A stretch of DNA of 64,000 nt, from positions 116,250,001 through 116,314,000 of the forward strand of contig OZ024744.1 of the NCBI GenBank assembly GCA_964016885.1, read 5' to 3'. This DNA comes from Eledone cirrhosa (taxonomy: Eukaryota). Positions within the stretch are counted from its first letter, which is position 1. Every line of letters starts with the position of its first letter. Positions 39,010-54,800 of this stretch are shown here, one piece after another. The translations under genes and the position numbers were made by a program. Under the pieces are notes generated by a model. The model ran no database searches. It was not told the DNA's origin and worked only from the letters and a program-made list of their open reading frames with translations.

Positions 39010-42000
39010 ATGTGAAATGAAGTGTCTTGTTCAAGAATACAACACAACCCAATCTAACACCCTTACCACTAGGCCACCACATACCTCCACTGTAGTATAC
39101 TGGAGTAATGTGAAATGAAGTGTTTTGTTCAAGAACACAACACACAACCCAGTCTAACACCCTTACCACTAGGCCACCATATACCTCCACTGGAATATAC
39201 TGGTGTAATGCGAAATTAAGTGTCTTGTTCAAGGACACAACACACAGCCCAGTCTAACACCCTTACCACTAGGCCACGACATACCTCTACTGTAGTATAC
39301 TGGAGTAATGTGAAATGTAGTGTTTTGTTCAAGAACACAACACACAACCCAGTCTAATACCCTACCACTAGGCCACCACATACCTCCACTGTAGGATACT
39401 GGAGCAATGTAAAATGTTTTGTTCAAGAACACAACATACAAGCCAGTCTAACACCCTTGCCAATAGGCCACCATATACCTCCACTGGAATATACTGGTGT
39501 AATATGAAATGAAGTGTTTCGTTCAAGAACACAACACACAACCCAGTCTAACACCCTTACCACTATGCCACCACATACCTCCACTGTAGGATACTGGAGC
39601 AATGTAAAATGTTTTGTTCAAGAACACAACATACAAGCCAGTCTAACACCCTTACCACTAGGCCACCACATACCTCCAGTGTAGTATACTGGTGTAATAT
39701 GAAATGAAGTGTTTCGTTCAAGAACACAACACACAACCCAGTCTAACACCCTTACCACTCGGTCACCACTTACCTTCACTGTAGTATAGTGGGGTAATGT
39801 GAAATGTAGTGCTTTGTTCAAGAACACAACACGCAACCCATTCTAACACCCTACCACTAGGCCACTACATAGCTCCACTGTAGTATACTCTGAGCAATGT
39901 GAAATCTTTTGTCAAGAACACAACACACAACCCAGTCTAACACCCTTACCACTAGGCCACCACATACCTCCACTGTAATATACTGTAGTAATGTGAAATG
40001 AAGTGTCTTGTTCAAGAACACAACACACAACACAGTCTAACACCCTTACCAATACATACCCCCACTGTAGTATACTGGAGTAATGTGAAATGTAGTGTTT
40101 TGTTCAAGAACACAACGCACAACCCAGTCTAATACCCTACCACTAGGCCACCACATACCTCCACGGTAGTATACTGGAGTAATGTGAAATGAAGTATTTT
40201 GTTCAAGAACTCAACAAAACAACCCAGTCTAACACCCTTACCACGCGGTCACCACTTACCTTCACTGTAGTATACTGGAGTAATGTGAAATGAAGTGTCT
40301 TGTTCAAGAACACAACCCACAACCCACTCTAACACCCTTACCACTAGGCCACCACATACCTCCACTGTAGTATACTGGAGTAATGTGAAATGAAGTGTTT
40401 TGTTCAAGAACAATACACAACCCAGTCTAACACCCTTACCACTAGGCCACCACATACCCCCACTGTAGTATACTGGGGTAATTTGAAATGTAGTATTTTG
40501 TTCAAGAACACAACACACAACCCAGTCTAACACCCTTACCACTAGGCCACCACATACCTCCACTGTAGTATACTGGAGTAATGTGAAATGTAGTGTTTTT
40601 TTCAAGAACACAACACACAATCCAGTATAACACCCTTACCACTATGCCTTCACATACCTCCACTGTAGTATACTGGAGCAATGTAAAATGTTTTGTTCCA
40701 GAACACAACACACAACCCAATCTAAGACCCTTATCACTAGGCCACCACATACCTCCACTGTAGTATACTGGAGTAATGTGAAATGTAGTGTTTTTTTGAA
40801 GAACACAAAACACAACCCAGTCTAACACCCTTACCACTAGGCCACCACATACCTCCACTGTAGTATACTGGAGTAATGTGAAATGTTTTATTCACAAACA
40901 CAACACACACCCTGGTCTAACACCCTTACCACTAGGCCACCACAGACCTCCACTGTAGTATACTGGTGTAATATGAAATGGAGTGTTTAGTTCAAGAACA
41001 CAACACACAAACCAGTCTAACACCCTTACCACTAGGCCACCACATACCTCCACGGTAGTATAATGGAGTAATGTGAAATGTTGTGTTTTGTTCAAGAACA
41101 CAAAACACAACCCAGTCTAACACCCTTACCACTATGCCACCACATATCTCCACTGTAGTATACTGGAGCTATGTGAAATGTTTTGTTCAAGAACACAACA
41201 CAGAACCCAGTCTAACACCCTTACCACTAGGCCACCACATACTTCCACTGTAGTATACTGGTGTAGTATGAAATGAAGTGTTTTTTTCAAGAACACAACA
41301 CAGAACCCAGTCTAACAACCTTACCAATAGGCCACCACATACCTCCACTGTAATATACTGGAGTAATGTGAAATGAAGTGTCTTGTTCAAGAACACAACA
41401 CACAATACAGTCGAACACCCTTACCACTAGGCCACCACATACCCCCACTGTAGTATACTGGAGTAATGTGAAATGTGGTGTTTTGTTCAAGAACACAACA
41501 CACAACCCAGTTTAATACCCTACCACTAGGCCACCACATACCTCCACTGTAGTATACTGGAATAATGTGAAATGAAGTCTTATTTTCAAGAACACAACAC
41601 ACAACCCAGTCTAACACCCTTACCGCTAGGCCACCACAAACCTCTCATTGTAGTATACTGTAGTAATGTGAAATGTAGTATTTTGTTAAAGAACACAACA
41701 CACAACCCAGTCTAACACCCTTACCACGCGGTCACCACTTACCTTCAATGTAGTATACTGGAGTAATGTGAAATGAAGTGTCTTGTTCAAGAACACAACA
41801 CACAACCTAGTCTAACACCCATACCACTAGGCCACCCCACACCTCCACTGTAGTATACTGGTGTAATGTGAAATGAAGTGTCTTGTTCAAGAATACAACA
41901 CAACCCAATCTAACACCCTTACCACTAGGCCACCACATACCTCCACTGTAGTATACTGGAGTAATGTGAAATGAAGTGTTTTGTTCAAGAACACAACACA

Positions 42001-44720
42001 CAACCCAGTCTAACACCCTTACCACTAGGCCACCATATACCTCCACTGGAATATACTGGTGTAATGCGAAATTAAGTGTCTTGTTCAAGGACACAACACA
42101 CAGCCCAGTCTAACACCCTTACCACTAGGCCACGACATACCTCTACTGTAGTATACTGGAGTAATGTGAAATGTAGTGTTTTGTTCAAGAACACAACACA
42201 CAACCCAGTCTAATACCCTACCACTAGGCCACCACATACCTCCACTGTAGGATACTGGAGCAATGTAAAATGTTTTGTTCAAGAACACAACATACAAGCC
42301 AGTCTAACACCCTTGCCAATAGGCCACCATATACCTCCACTGGAATATACTGGTGTAATATGAAATGAAGTGTTTCGTTCAAGAACACAACACACAACCC
42401 AGTCTAACACCCTTACCACTATGCCACCACATACCTCCACTGTAGGATACTGGAGCAATGTAAAATGTTTTGTTCAAGAACACAACATACAAGCCAGTCT
42501 AACACCCTTACCACTAGGCCACCACATACCTCCAGTGTAGTATACTGGTGTAATATGAAATGAAGTGTTTCGTTCAAGAACACAACACACAACCCAGTCT
42601 AACACCCTTACCACTCGGTCACCACTTACCTTCACTGTAGTATAGTGGGGTAATGTGAAATGTAGTGCTTTGTTCAAGAACACAACACGCAACCCATTCT
42701 AACACCCTACCACTAGGCCACTACATAGCTCCACTGTAGTATACTCTGAGCAATGTGAAATCTTTTGTCAAGAACACAACACACAACCCAGTCTAACACC
42801 CTTACCACTAGGCCACCACATACCTCCACTGTAATATACTGTAGTAATGTGAAATGAAGTGTCTTGTTCAAGAACACAACACACAACACAGTCTAACACC
42901 CTTACCAATACATACCCCCACTGTAGTATACTGGAGTAATGTGAAATGTAGTGTTTTGTTCAAGAACACAACGCACAACCCAGTCTAATACCCTACCACT
43001 AGGCCACCACATACCTCCACGGTAGTATACTGGAGTAATGTGAAATGAAGTGTTTTGTTCAAGAACTCAACAAAACAACCCAGTCTAACACCCTTACCAC
43101 GCGGTCACCACTTACCTTCACTGTAGTATACTGGAGTAATGTGAAATGAAGTGTCTTGTTCAAGAACACAACCCACAACCCACTCTAACACCCTTACCAC
43201 TAGGCCACCACATACCTCCACTGTAGTATACTGGAGTAATGTGAAATGAAGTGTTTTGTTCAAGAACAATACACAACCCAGTCTAACACCCTTACCACTA
43301 GGCCACCACATACCCCCACTGTAGTATACTGGGGTAATTTGAAATGTAGTATTTTGTTCAAGAACACAACACACAACCCAGTCTAACACCCTTACCACTA
43401 GGCCACCACATACCTCCACTGTAGTATACTGGAGTAATGTGAAATGTAGTGTTTTTTTCAAGAACACAACACACAATCCAGTATAACACCCTTACCACTA
43501 TGCCTTCACATACCTCCACTGTAGTATACTGGAGCAATGTAAAATGTTTTGTTCCAGAACACAACACACAACCCAATCTAAGACCCTTATCACTAGGCCA
43601 CCACATACCTCCACTGTAGTATACTGGAGTAATGTGAAATGTAGTGTTTTTTTGAAGAACACAAAACACAACCCAGTCTAACACCCTTACCACTAGGCCA
43701 CCACATACCTCCACTGTAGTATACTGGAGTAATGTGAAATGTTTTATTCACAAACACAACACACACCCTGGTCTAACACCCTTACCACTAGGCCACCACA
43801 GACCTCCACTGTAGTATACTGGTGTAATATGAAATGGAGTGTTTAGTTCAAGAACACAACACACAAACCAGTCTAACACCCTTACCACTAGGCCACCACA
43901 TACCTCCACGGTAGTATAATGGAGTAATGTGAAATGTTGTGTTTTGTTCAAGAACACAAAACACAACCCAGTCTAACACCCTTACCACTATGCCACCACA
44001 TATCTCCACTGTAGTATACTGGAGCTATGTGAAATGTTTTGTTCAAGAACACAACACAGAACCCAGTCTAACACCCTTACCACTAGGCCACCACATACTT
44101 CCACTGTAGTATACTGGTGTAGTATGAAATGAAGTGTTTTTTTCAAGAACACAACACAGAACCCAGTCTAACAACCTTACCAATAGGCCACCACATACCT
44201 CCACTGTAATATACTGGAGTAATGTGAAATGAAGTGTCTTGTTCAAGAACACAACACACAATACAGTCGAACACCCTTACCACTAGGCCACCACATACCC
44301 CCACTGTAGTATACTGGAGTAATGTGAAATGTGGTGTTTTGTTCAAGAACACAACACACAACCCAGTTTAATACCCTACCACTAGGCCACCACATACCTC
44401 CACTGTAGTATACTGGAATAATGTGAAATGAAGTCTTATTTTCAAGAACACAACACACAACCCAGTCTAACACCCTTACCGCTAGGCCACCACAAACCTC
44501 TCATTGTAGTATACTGTAGTAATGTGAAATGTAGTATTTTGTTAAAGAACACAACACACAACCCAGTCTAACACCCTTACCACGCGGTCACCACTTACCT
44601 TCAATGTAGTATACTGGAGTAATGTGAAATGAAGTGTCTTGTTCAAGAACACAACACACAACCTAGTCTAACACCCATACCACTAGGCCACCCCACACCT
44701 CCACTGTAGTATACTGGTGT
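39010..44720. repeat. Tandem segmental duplication of 2856 bp within the satellite (boundaries approximate)
   Basis: Rare variant CTACATAGCTCCACTGTAGTATACTCTGAG at 39865 and 42721; ORFs 39229-41617 repeat at +2856. Confidence 0.92.
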
Positions 44721-47700
44721 AATGTGAAATGAAGTGTTTTGTTCAAGAACACAACACAGAACCCAGTCTAACACCCTTACCACTAGGCCACCACATACCT
44801 CCACTGTAGTATACTGGAGCAATGTGAAATGTTTTGTTCAAGAACACAACACACAACCCAGTCTAACACCCTTACCACTAGGCAACCACATACCTCCACT
44901 GTAGTATACTGGTGTAATATGAAATGAAGTGTTTTGTTCAAGAACACAAAACACAAGCCAGTCTAACACCCTTACCACTAGGCCACGACATACCTCCACT
45001 GTAGTATACTGGAGTAATGTGAAATGTAGTGTTTTGATCAAGAACACAACACACAACCCACTCTAGCACCCTTACGACTAGGCCACCACATACCTCCACG
45101 GTAGTATAAAGGTGTAATATGAAATGAAGTGTTTAGTTCAAGAACACAACACACAATCCAGTATAACACCCTTACCACTATGCCACCACATACCTCCACT
45201 GTAGGATACTGGAGCAATGTAAAATGTTTTGTTCAAGAACACAACATGCAAGCCAGTCTAACACCCTTACCAATAGGCCACCACATACCTCCAGTGTAGT
45301 TTACTGGTGTAATATGAAATGAAGTGGGGTAATGTGAAATGTAGTGCTTTGTTCAAGAACACAACACACAACCCATTCTAACACCCTACCACTAGGCCAC
45401 TACATAGCTCCACTGTAGTATACTCTGAGCAATGTGAAATCTTTTGTCAAGAACACAACACACAACCCAGTCTAACACCCTTACCACTAGGCGACCACAT
45501 ACCTCCACTGTAATATACTGTAGTAATGTGAAATGAAGTGTCTTGTTCAAGAACACAACACACAACACAGTCTAACACCCTTACCAACACATACCCCCAC
45601 TGTAGTATACTGGAGTAACGTGAAATGTAGTGTTTTGTTCAAGAACACAACACACAACCCAGTCTAACACCCTTACCAATAGGCCACCACATACCTACAC
45701 TGTAGTATACTGGTGTAATATGAAATGAAGTGTTTCGTTCAAGAACACAACACACAACCCAGTCTAACACCCTTACCAATGGGCAACCACATACCTCCAC
45801 TGTAGTATACTGGTGTAATATGAAATGAAGTGTTTTGTTCAAGAACACAACACACAACCCAGTCTAACACCCTTACCACTAGGCAACCACATACCTCCAC
45901 TGTAGTATACTGGAGTAATGTGAAATGTAGTGTTTTGATCAAGAACACAAAACACAACCCACTCTAGCACCCTTACGACTAGGCCACCACATACCTCCAC
46001 GGTAGTATAATGGTGTAATATGAAATGAAGTGTTTAGTTCAAGAACACAACACACAATCCAGTACAACACCCTTACCACTAGGCCACCACATACCTCCAC
46101 TGTAGGATACTGGAGCAATGTAAAATGTTTTGTTCAAGAACACAACATACAAGCCAGTCTAACACCCTTACCAATAGGGCACCACATACCTCCAGTGTAG
46201 TATACTGGTGTAATATGAAATGAAGTGTTTCGTTCAAGAACACAACACACAACCCAGTCTAACACCCTTACCACTTGGTCACCACTTACCTTCACTGTAG
46301 TAAACTGGAATAATGTGAAATGTAGTGCTTTGTTCAAGAACACAACACACAACCCATTCTAACACCCTACCACTAGGCCACCACATACCTCCACTGTAGT
46401 ATACTCTGAGCAATGTGAAATCTTTTGTCAAGAACACAACACACAACCCAGTCTAACACCCTTACCACTAGGCCACCACATACCTCCACGGTAGTATAAT
46501 GGAGTAATGTGAAATGAAGTGTCTTGTTCAAGAACACAACACGCAACACAGTCTAACACCCTTACCAACACATACCCCCACTGTAGTATACTGGAGTAAT
46601 GTGAAATGTAGTGTTTTGTTCAAGAACACAACACACAACCCAGTCTAACACCCTTACCACTAGGCCACCACATACCTCCACTGTAGTATACTGGAGTAAT
46701 GTGAAATGTAGTGTTTTTTTCAAGAACACAACACACAATCCAGTATAACACCCTTACCACTATGCCTTCACATACCTCCACTGTAGTATACTGGAGTAAT
46801 GTGAAATGTTTTGTTCAAGAACACAACACACAACCCAGTCTAAGACCCTTACCACTAGGCCACCACATACCTCCACTGTAGTATACTGGAGTAATGTGAA
46901 ATGTAGTGTTTTTTTCAAGAACACAAAACACAACCCAGTCTAACACCCTTGCCACTAGGCCACCACATACCTCCACTGTAGTATACTGGTGTAATGTGAA
47001 ATGTAGTGTTTTTTTCAAGAACACAACACACAATCCAGTATAACACCCTTACCACTAGGCCACCACAGACCTCCACTGTAGTATACTGGAGTAATGTGAA
47101 ATGTAGTGTTTTTTTCAAGAACACAAAACACAAGCCAGTCTAACACCCTTACCACTAGGCCACCACATACCTCCACGGTAGTATAATGGAGTAATGTGAA
47201 ATGTAGTGTTTTGTTCAAGAACGCAACCCACAACCCAGTCTAACACCCTTACCACTAGGCCACCTCATACCTCCACTGTAGTATACTGGAGTAATGTGTA
47301 ATGTAGTGTTTTGTTCAAGAACGCAACCCACAACCCAGTCTAACACCCTTACCACTAGGCCACCCCATACCACCACTGTAGTATACTGGAGTAATGTGAA
47401 ATATTTTATTCACGAACACAACACACACCCTGGTCTAACACTCTTACCACTAGGCCACCACAGACCTCCACTGTAGTATACTGGTGTAGTATGAAATGGA
47501 ATGTTTAGTTCAAGAACACAACACACAACCCAGTATAACACCCTTACCACTATGCCACCACATACCTCCACTGTAGGATACTGGAGCAATGTAAAATGTT
47601 TTGTTCAAGAACACAACATACAACCCAGTCTAACACCCTTACCAATAGGCCACCACATACCTCCAGTGTAGTATACTGGTGTAATATGAAATGAAGTGTT

Positions 47701-48849
47701 TCGTTCAAGAACACAACACTCAACCCAGTCTAATACCCTTACCACCAGGAGACCACATACCTCCACTGTAGTATACTGGAGTAATGTAAATGAAGTGTCT
47801 TGTTCAAGAACACAACACACAACCCAGTCTAACACCCTTACCACTAGGCCACCACATACCCCCACTGTAGTATAATGGAGTAATGTGAAACGTAGTGTTT
47901 TGATCAAGAACACAACACACAACGCAGTCTAACACCCTTACTACTATGTCACCACATACCTCCACTGTAGTATACTGTAGTAATGTGAAATGAAGTGTTT
48001 TGTTCAAGAACACAACACACAACCCAGTCTAACACCCTTACCATTAGGCCACCCCATACCTCCACTATAGTATACTGGAGTAATGTAAATGAAGTGTCTT
48101 CTTCAAGGACACAACACACAACCCAGTCTAACAACCTTACCACTAGGCCACCACATACCTCCACTGTAGTATACTGGAGCAATGTGAAATGTTTTGTTGA
48201 AGAACACAACACACAACCCAGTCTAACACCCTGCCTTTAGGCCACTCCATACCTCCACTGCAATATACTGGAGTAATGTGAAATGAAGGGTTTTGTTCAA
48301 GAACATAACACACAACCCAATCTAAAACCCTTACCACTAGGTCACATACCTCCACTATAGTATACTGTAGTAATGTAAATGAAGTGTCTTGTTCAAGAAC
48401 ACAAAACACAAGCCAGTCTAACACCCTGACCACTAGGCCACCACATACCCCCACTGTAGTATACTGGAGTAATGTGAAATGTAGTGTTTTGTTCAAGAAC
48501 GCAACCCACAACCCAGTCTAACACTCTTACCACTAGGCCACCACATACTCCCACTGTAGTATACTGGAGTAATGTGAAATGAAGTGTTTTGGTCAAGAAC
48601 ACAAAACACAACCCAGTCTAACACCCTTACCACTAGGCCACCCCATACCACCACTGTAGTATACTGGAGTAATGTGAAATATTTTATTCACGAACACAAC
48701 ACACACCCTGGTCTAACACTCTTACCACTAGGCCACCACAGACCTCCACTGTAGTATACTGGTGTAATATGAAATGGAGTGTTTAGTTCAAGAACACAAC
48801 ACACAACCCAGTCTAACACCCTTACCACTATGCCACCACATACCTCCAC

Positions 48850-51800
48850 TGTAGTATACTGGAGCAATGTGAAATGTTTTGTTCAAGAACACAACACACA
48901 ACCCAGTCTAACACCCTTACCAATGGGCAACCACATACCTCCACTGTAGTATACTGGTGTAATATGAAATGTAGTGTTTTGTTCAAGAACACAAAACACA
49001 AACCAGTCTAACACCCTTACCACTAGGCCACGACATACCTCCACTGTAGTATACTGGAGTAATGTGAAATGTAGTGTTTTGATCAAGAACACAACACACA
49101 ACCCACTCTAGCACCCTTACCACTAGGCCACCACATACCTCCACAGTAGTATAATGGTGTAATATGAAATGAAGTGTTTCGTTCAAGAACATAACACACA
49201 ATCCAGTCTAACACCCTTACCACTCAGCCACCACATACCTCCACTGTAGTATACTGGTGTAATATGAAATGAAGTATTTTGTTCAAGAACTCAATAAAAC
49301 AACCCAGTCTAACACCCTTACCACTAGGCCACCACATACCTCCACTGTAGTACACTGGAGTAATGTGAAATGAAGTGTTTTTTTCAAGAACACAACACAC
49401 AACCCAGTCTAACACCCTTACCACTATGCCACCACATACCTTCACTGTAGTATACTGGAGCAATGTAAAATGTTTTGTTCAAGAACACAACACACAACCC
49501 AGTCTAACACCCTTACCACTAGCCCACCACATACCTCCACTGTAGTATACTGGAGTAATGTGAAATGTAGTGTTTTGGTCAAGAACGCAACCCACAACCC
49601 AGTCTAACACCCTTACCACTAGGCCACCCCATACCACCACTGTAGTATACTGGAGTAATGTGAAATATTTTATTCACGAACACAACACACACCCTGGTCT
49701 AACACTCTTACCACTAGGCCACCACAGACCTCCACTGTAGTATACTGGTGTAATATGAAATGGAGTGTTTAGTTCAAGAACACAACACACAACCCAGTCT
49801 AACACCCTTACCACTATGCCACCACATACCTCCACTGTAGTATACTGGTGTAATGTGAAATGTTTTGTTCAAGAACACAACACACAACCCAGTCTAACAC
49901 CCTTACCACTAGGCCACCACATACCTCCACTGTAGGATACTGGAGCAATGTAAAATGTTTTGTTCAAGAACACAACATACAACCCAGTCTAACACCCTTA
50001 CCAATAGGCCACCACATACCTCCACTGTAGGATACTGGAGCAATGTAAAATGTTTTGTTCAAGAACACAACATACAACCCAGTCTAACACCCTTACCACT
50101 AGGCCACTACATACCTCCAGTGTAGTATACTGGTGTAATATGAAATGAAGTGTTTCGTTCAAGAACACAACACACAACCCAGTCTAACACCCTTACCACT
50201 CGGTCACCACATACCTCCACTGTAGTATAGTGGGGGTAATGTGAAATGTAGTGTTTCGTTCAAGAATACAACACACAACCCAGTCTAACACCCTTATCAC
50301 TAGGCCACCACATACCTCCACTGTAGTATAATGTAGTAACGTGAAATGAAGTGTCTTGTTCAAGAACACAACACACAACCCAGTCTAACACCCTTACCAC
50401 TAGGCCACCACATACCTCCACTGTAGTATACTGGAGTAATGTGAAATGAAGTGTCTTGTTCAAGAACACAACACACAACCCAGTCTAACACCCTTACCAC
50501 TAGGCCACCACATACCTCCACGGTAGTATACTGGAGTAATGTGAAATGAAGTGTTTTGTTCAAGAACACAACACACAACCCAGTCTAACACCCTTACCAC
50601 TAGGCCACCCCATACCTCCACTGTAGTATACTGGAGTAATGTGAAATGTAGTGTTTTTTCAAGAACACAACACACAACCCAGTCTAACACCCTTACCACC
50701 AGGAGACCACATACCTCCACTGTAGTATACTGGAGTAATGTGAAACGTAGTGTTTTGATCAAGAACACAACACACAACCCAGTCTAACACCCTTACCACT
50801 ATGCCACCACATACCTCCACTGTAGTATACTGGAGCTATGTGAAATGTTTTGTTCAAGAACACAACACACAACCCAGTCTAACACCCTTACCACTAGGCC
50901 ACCATATACCTCCACTGTAGTATACTGGAGTAATGTGAAATGTAGTGTTTTGTTCAAGAACACAACACACAACCCAGTCTAACACTCTTACCACTAGGCC
51001 ACCACATACCTCCACTGTAGTATACTGGAGCTATGTGAAATGTTTTGTTCAAGAATACAACACACAACCCAGTCTAACACCCTTACCACTAGACCACCAC
51101 ATTCCTCCACTGTAGTATACTGTAGTAATGTGAAATGTAGTGTTTTGTTCAAGAACACAACACACAACCCAGTCTAAAACCCTTACCATTAGGCCACCCC
51201 ATACCTCCACTATAGTATACTGGAGTAATGTAAATGAAGTGTCTTGTTCAAGAACACAACACACAACCCAGTCTAACACCCTTACCACTAGGCCACCACA
51301 TACCTCCACTGTAGTATACTGGAGTAATGTGAAATGTAGTGTTTTGTTCAAGAACACAACAAACAACCCAGTCTAACACCCTTACCACTAGGCCACCACA
51401 TACCTCCACTGTAGTATACTGGAGTAATGTGAAATGAAGTGTCTTGTTCAAGAACACAAGACACAACCCAGTCTAACACCCTTACCACTAGGCCACATAC
51501 CTCCACTGTAGTATACTGGAGTAATGTGAAATGAAGTGTCTTGTTCAAGAATACAACACAATCCAATCTAACACCCTTACCACTCGGTCACCACTTACCT
51601 TCACTGTAGTATAGTGGGGTAATGTGAAATGTAGTTCTTTGTTCAAGAACACAACACCCAACCCAGTCTAACACCCTCACCACTAGGTCACCACATACCT
51701 CCACTCTAGTATACTGTAGTAATGTGAAATGAAATGTCTTGTTGAAGAACACAACACACAACCCAGTCTAACAACCTTACCACTAGGCCACCCCATACCT

Positions 51801-54800
51801 CCACTGTAGTATACTGTAGTAATGTGAAATGTAGTGTTTTGTTGAAGAACACAACACACAACCCAGTCTAACAACCTTACCACTAGGCCACCACATACCT
51901 TCACTGTCGTATACTGGAGCAATGTGAAATGAAGTGTCTTGTTCAAGAACACAACACACAACCCAGTCTAACACCCTTACCACTAGGCCACCACATTCCT
52001 CCACTGTAGTATACTGGGGCAATGTGAACTGTAGTGTCTTGTTCAAGGACACAACACACAACCCAGTCTAACAACCTTACCACTAGGCCACCACATACCT
52101 CCACTGTAGTATACTGGAGCAATGTGAAATGAAGTGTCTTGTTCAAGAACACAACACACAACCCAGTCTAACACCCTTACCACTAGGCCACCCCATACCT
52201 CCACTGTAGTATACTGGAGTAATGTGAAATGTTTTCTTCAAGAACACAACACACAACCCAGTCTAACAGCCTTACCACTAGGCCACCACATACCTCCACT
52301 GTAGTATACTGTAGTAATGTGAAATGTAGTGTTTTGTTCAAGAACACAAGACACAACCCAGTCTAACACCCTTACCACTAGGCCACCACATACCTCCACT
52401 GTAGTATACTGGAGTAATGTGAAATGAAGTGTCTTGTTCAAGAACACAACACACAACCCAGTCTAACACCCTTACCACTAGGCCGCCACATACCTCCACT
52501 ATAGTATACTGGAGTAATGTGAAATGAAGTGTTTTGTTCAAGAAGACAACACCGAACCCAGTCTAACACCCTTACCACTAGGCCACCACATACCTACACT
52601 GTAGTATACTGGAGCAATGTGAAATGTTTTGTTCAAGAACACAACACACAACCCAGTCTAACACCCTTACCAATGGGCAACCACATACCTCCACTGTAGT
52701 ATACTGGTGTAATATGAAATGTAGTGTTTTGTTCAAGAACACAAAACACAAACCAGTCTAACACCCTTACCACTAGGCCACGACATACCTCCACTGTAGT
52801 ATACTGGAGTAATGTGAAATGTAGTGTTTTGATCAAGAACACAACACACAACCCACTCTAGCACCCTTACCACTAGGCCACCACATACCTCCACAGTAGT
52901 ATAATGGTGTAATATGAAATGAAGTGTTTCGTTCAAGAACATAACACACAATCCAGTCTAACACCCTTACCACTCAGCCACCACATACCTCCACTGTAGT
53001 ATACTGGTGTAATATGAAATGAAGTATTTTGTTCAAGAACTCAATAAAACAACCCAGTCTAACACCCTTACCACTAGGCCACCACATACCTCCACTGTAG
53101 TACACTGGAGTAATGTGAAATGAAGTGTTTTTTTCAAGAACACAACACACAACCCAGTCTAACACCCTTACCACTATGCCACCACATACCTTCACTGTAG
53201 TATACTGGAGCAATGTAAAATGTTTTATTCAAGAACACAACACACAACCCAGTCTAACACCCTTACCACTAGCCCACCACATACCTCCACTGTAGTATAC
53301 TGGAGTAATGTGAAATGTAGTGTTTTGGTCAAGAACGCAACCCACAACCCAGTCTAACACCCTTACCACTAGGCCACCCCATACCACCACTGTAGTATAC
53401 TGGAGTAATGTGAAATATTTTATTCACGAACACAACACACACCCTGGTCTAACACTCTTACCACTAGGCCACCACAGACCTCCACTGTAGTATACTGGTG
53501 TAATATGAAATGGAGTGTTTAGTTCAAGAACACAACACACAACCCAGTCTAACACCCTTACCACTATGCCACCACATACCTCCACTGTAGTATACTGGTG
53601 TAATGTGAAATGTTTTGTTCAAGAACACAACACACAACCCAGTCTAACACCCTTACCACTAGGCCACCACATACCTCCACTGTAGGATACTGGAGCAATG
53701 TAAAATGTTTTGTTCAAGAACACAACATACAACCCAGTCTAACACCCTTACCAATAGGCCACCACATACCTCCAGTGTAGTATACTGGTGTAATATGAAA
53801 TGAAGTGTTTCGTTCAAGAACACAACACACAACCCAGTCTAACACCCTTACCACTCGGTCACCACATACCTCCACTGTAGTATAGTGGGGGTAATGTGAA
53901 ATGTAGTGTTTCGTTCAAGAATACAACACACAACCCAGTCTAACACCCTTATCACTAGGCCACCACATACCTCCACTGTAGTATAATGTAGTAACGTGAA
54001 ATGAAGTGTCTTGTTCAAGAACACAACACACAACCCAGTCTAACACCCTTACCACTAGGCCACCACATACCTCCACTGTAGTATACTGGAGTAATGTGAA
54101 ATGAAGTGTCTTGTTCAAGAACACAACACACAACCCAGTCTAACACCCTTACCACTAGGCCACCACATACCTCCACGGTAGTATACTGGAGTAATGTGAA
54201 ATGAAGTGTTTTGTTCAAGAACACAACACACAACCCAGTCTAACACCCTTACCACTAGGCCACCCCATACCTCCACTGTAGTATACTGGAGTAATGTGAA
54301 ATGTAGTGTTTTTTCAAGAACACAACACACAACCCAGTCTAACACCCTTACCACCAGGAGACCACATACCTCCACTGTAGTATACTGGAGTAATGTGAAA
54401 CGTAGTGTTTTGATCAAGAACACAACACACAACCCAGTCTAACACCCTTACCACTATGCCACCACATACCTCCACTGTAGTATACTGGAGCTATGTGAAA
54501 TGTTTTGTTCAAGAACACAACACACAACCCAGTCTAACACCCTTACCACTAGGCCACCATATACCTCCACTGTAGTATACTGGAGTAATGTGAAATGTAG
54601 TGTTTTGTTCAAGAACACAACACACAACCCAGTCTAACACTCTTACCACTAGGCCACCACATACCTCCACTGTAGTATACTGGAGCTATGTGAAATGTTT
54701 TGTTCAAGAACACAACACACAACCCAGTCTAACACCCTTACCACTAGACCACCACATTCCTCCACTGTAGTATACTGTAGTAATGTGAAATGTAGTGTTT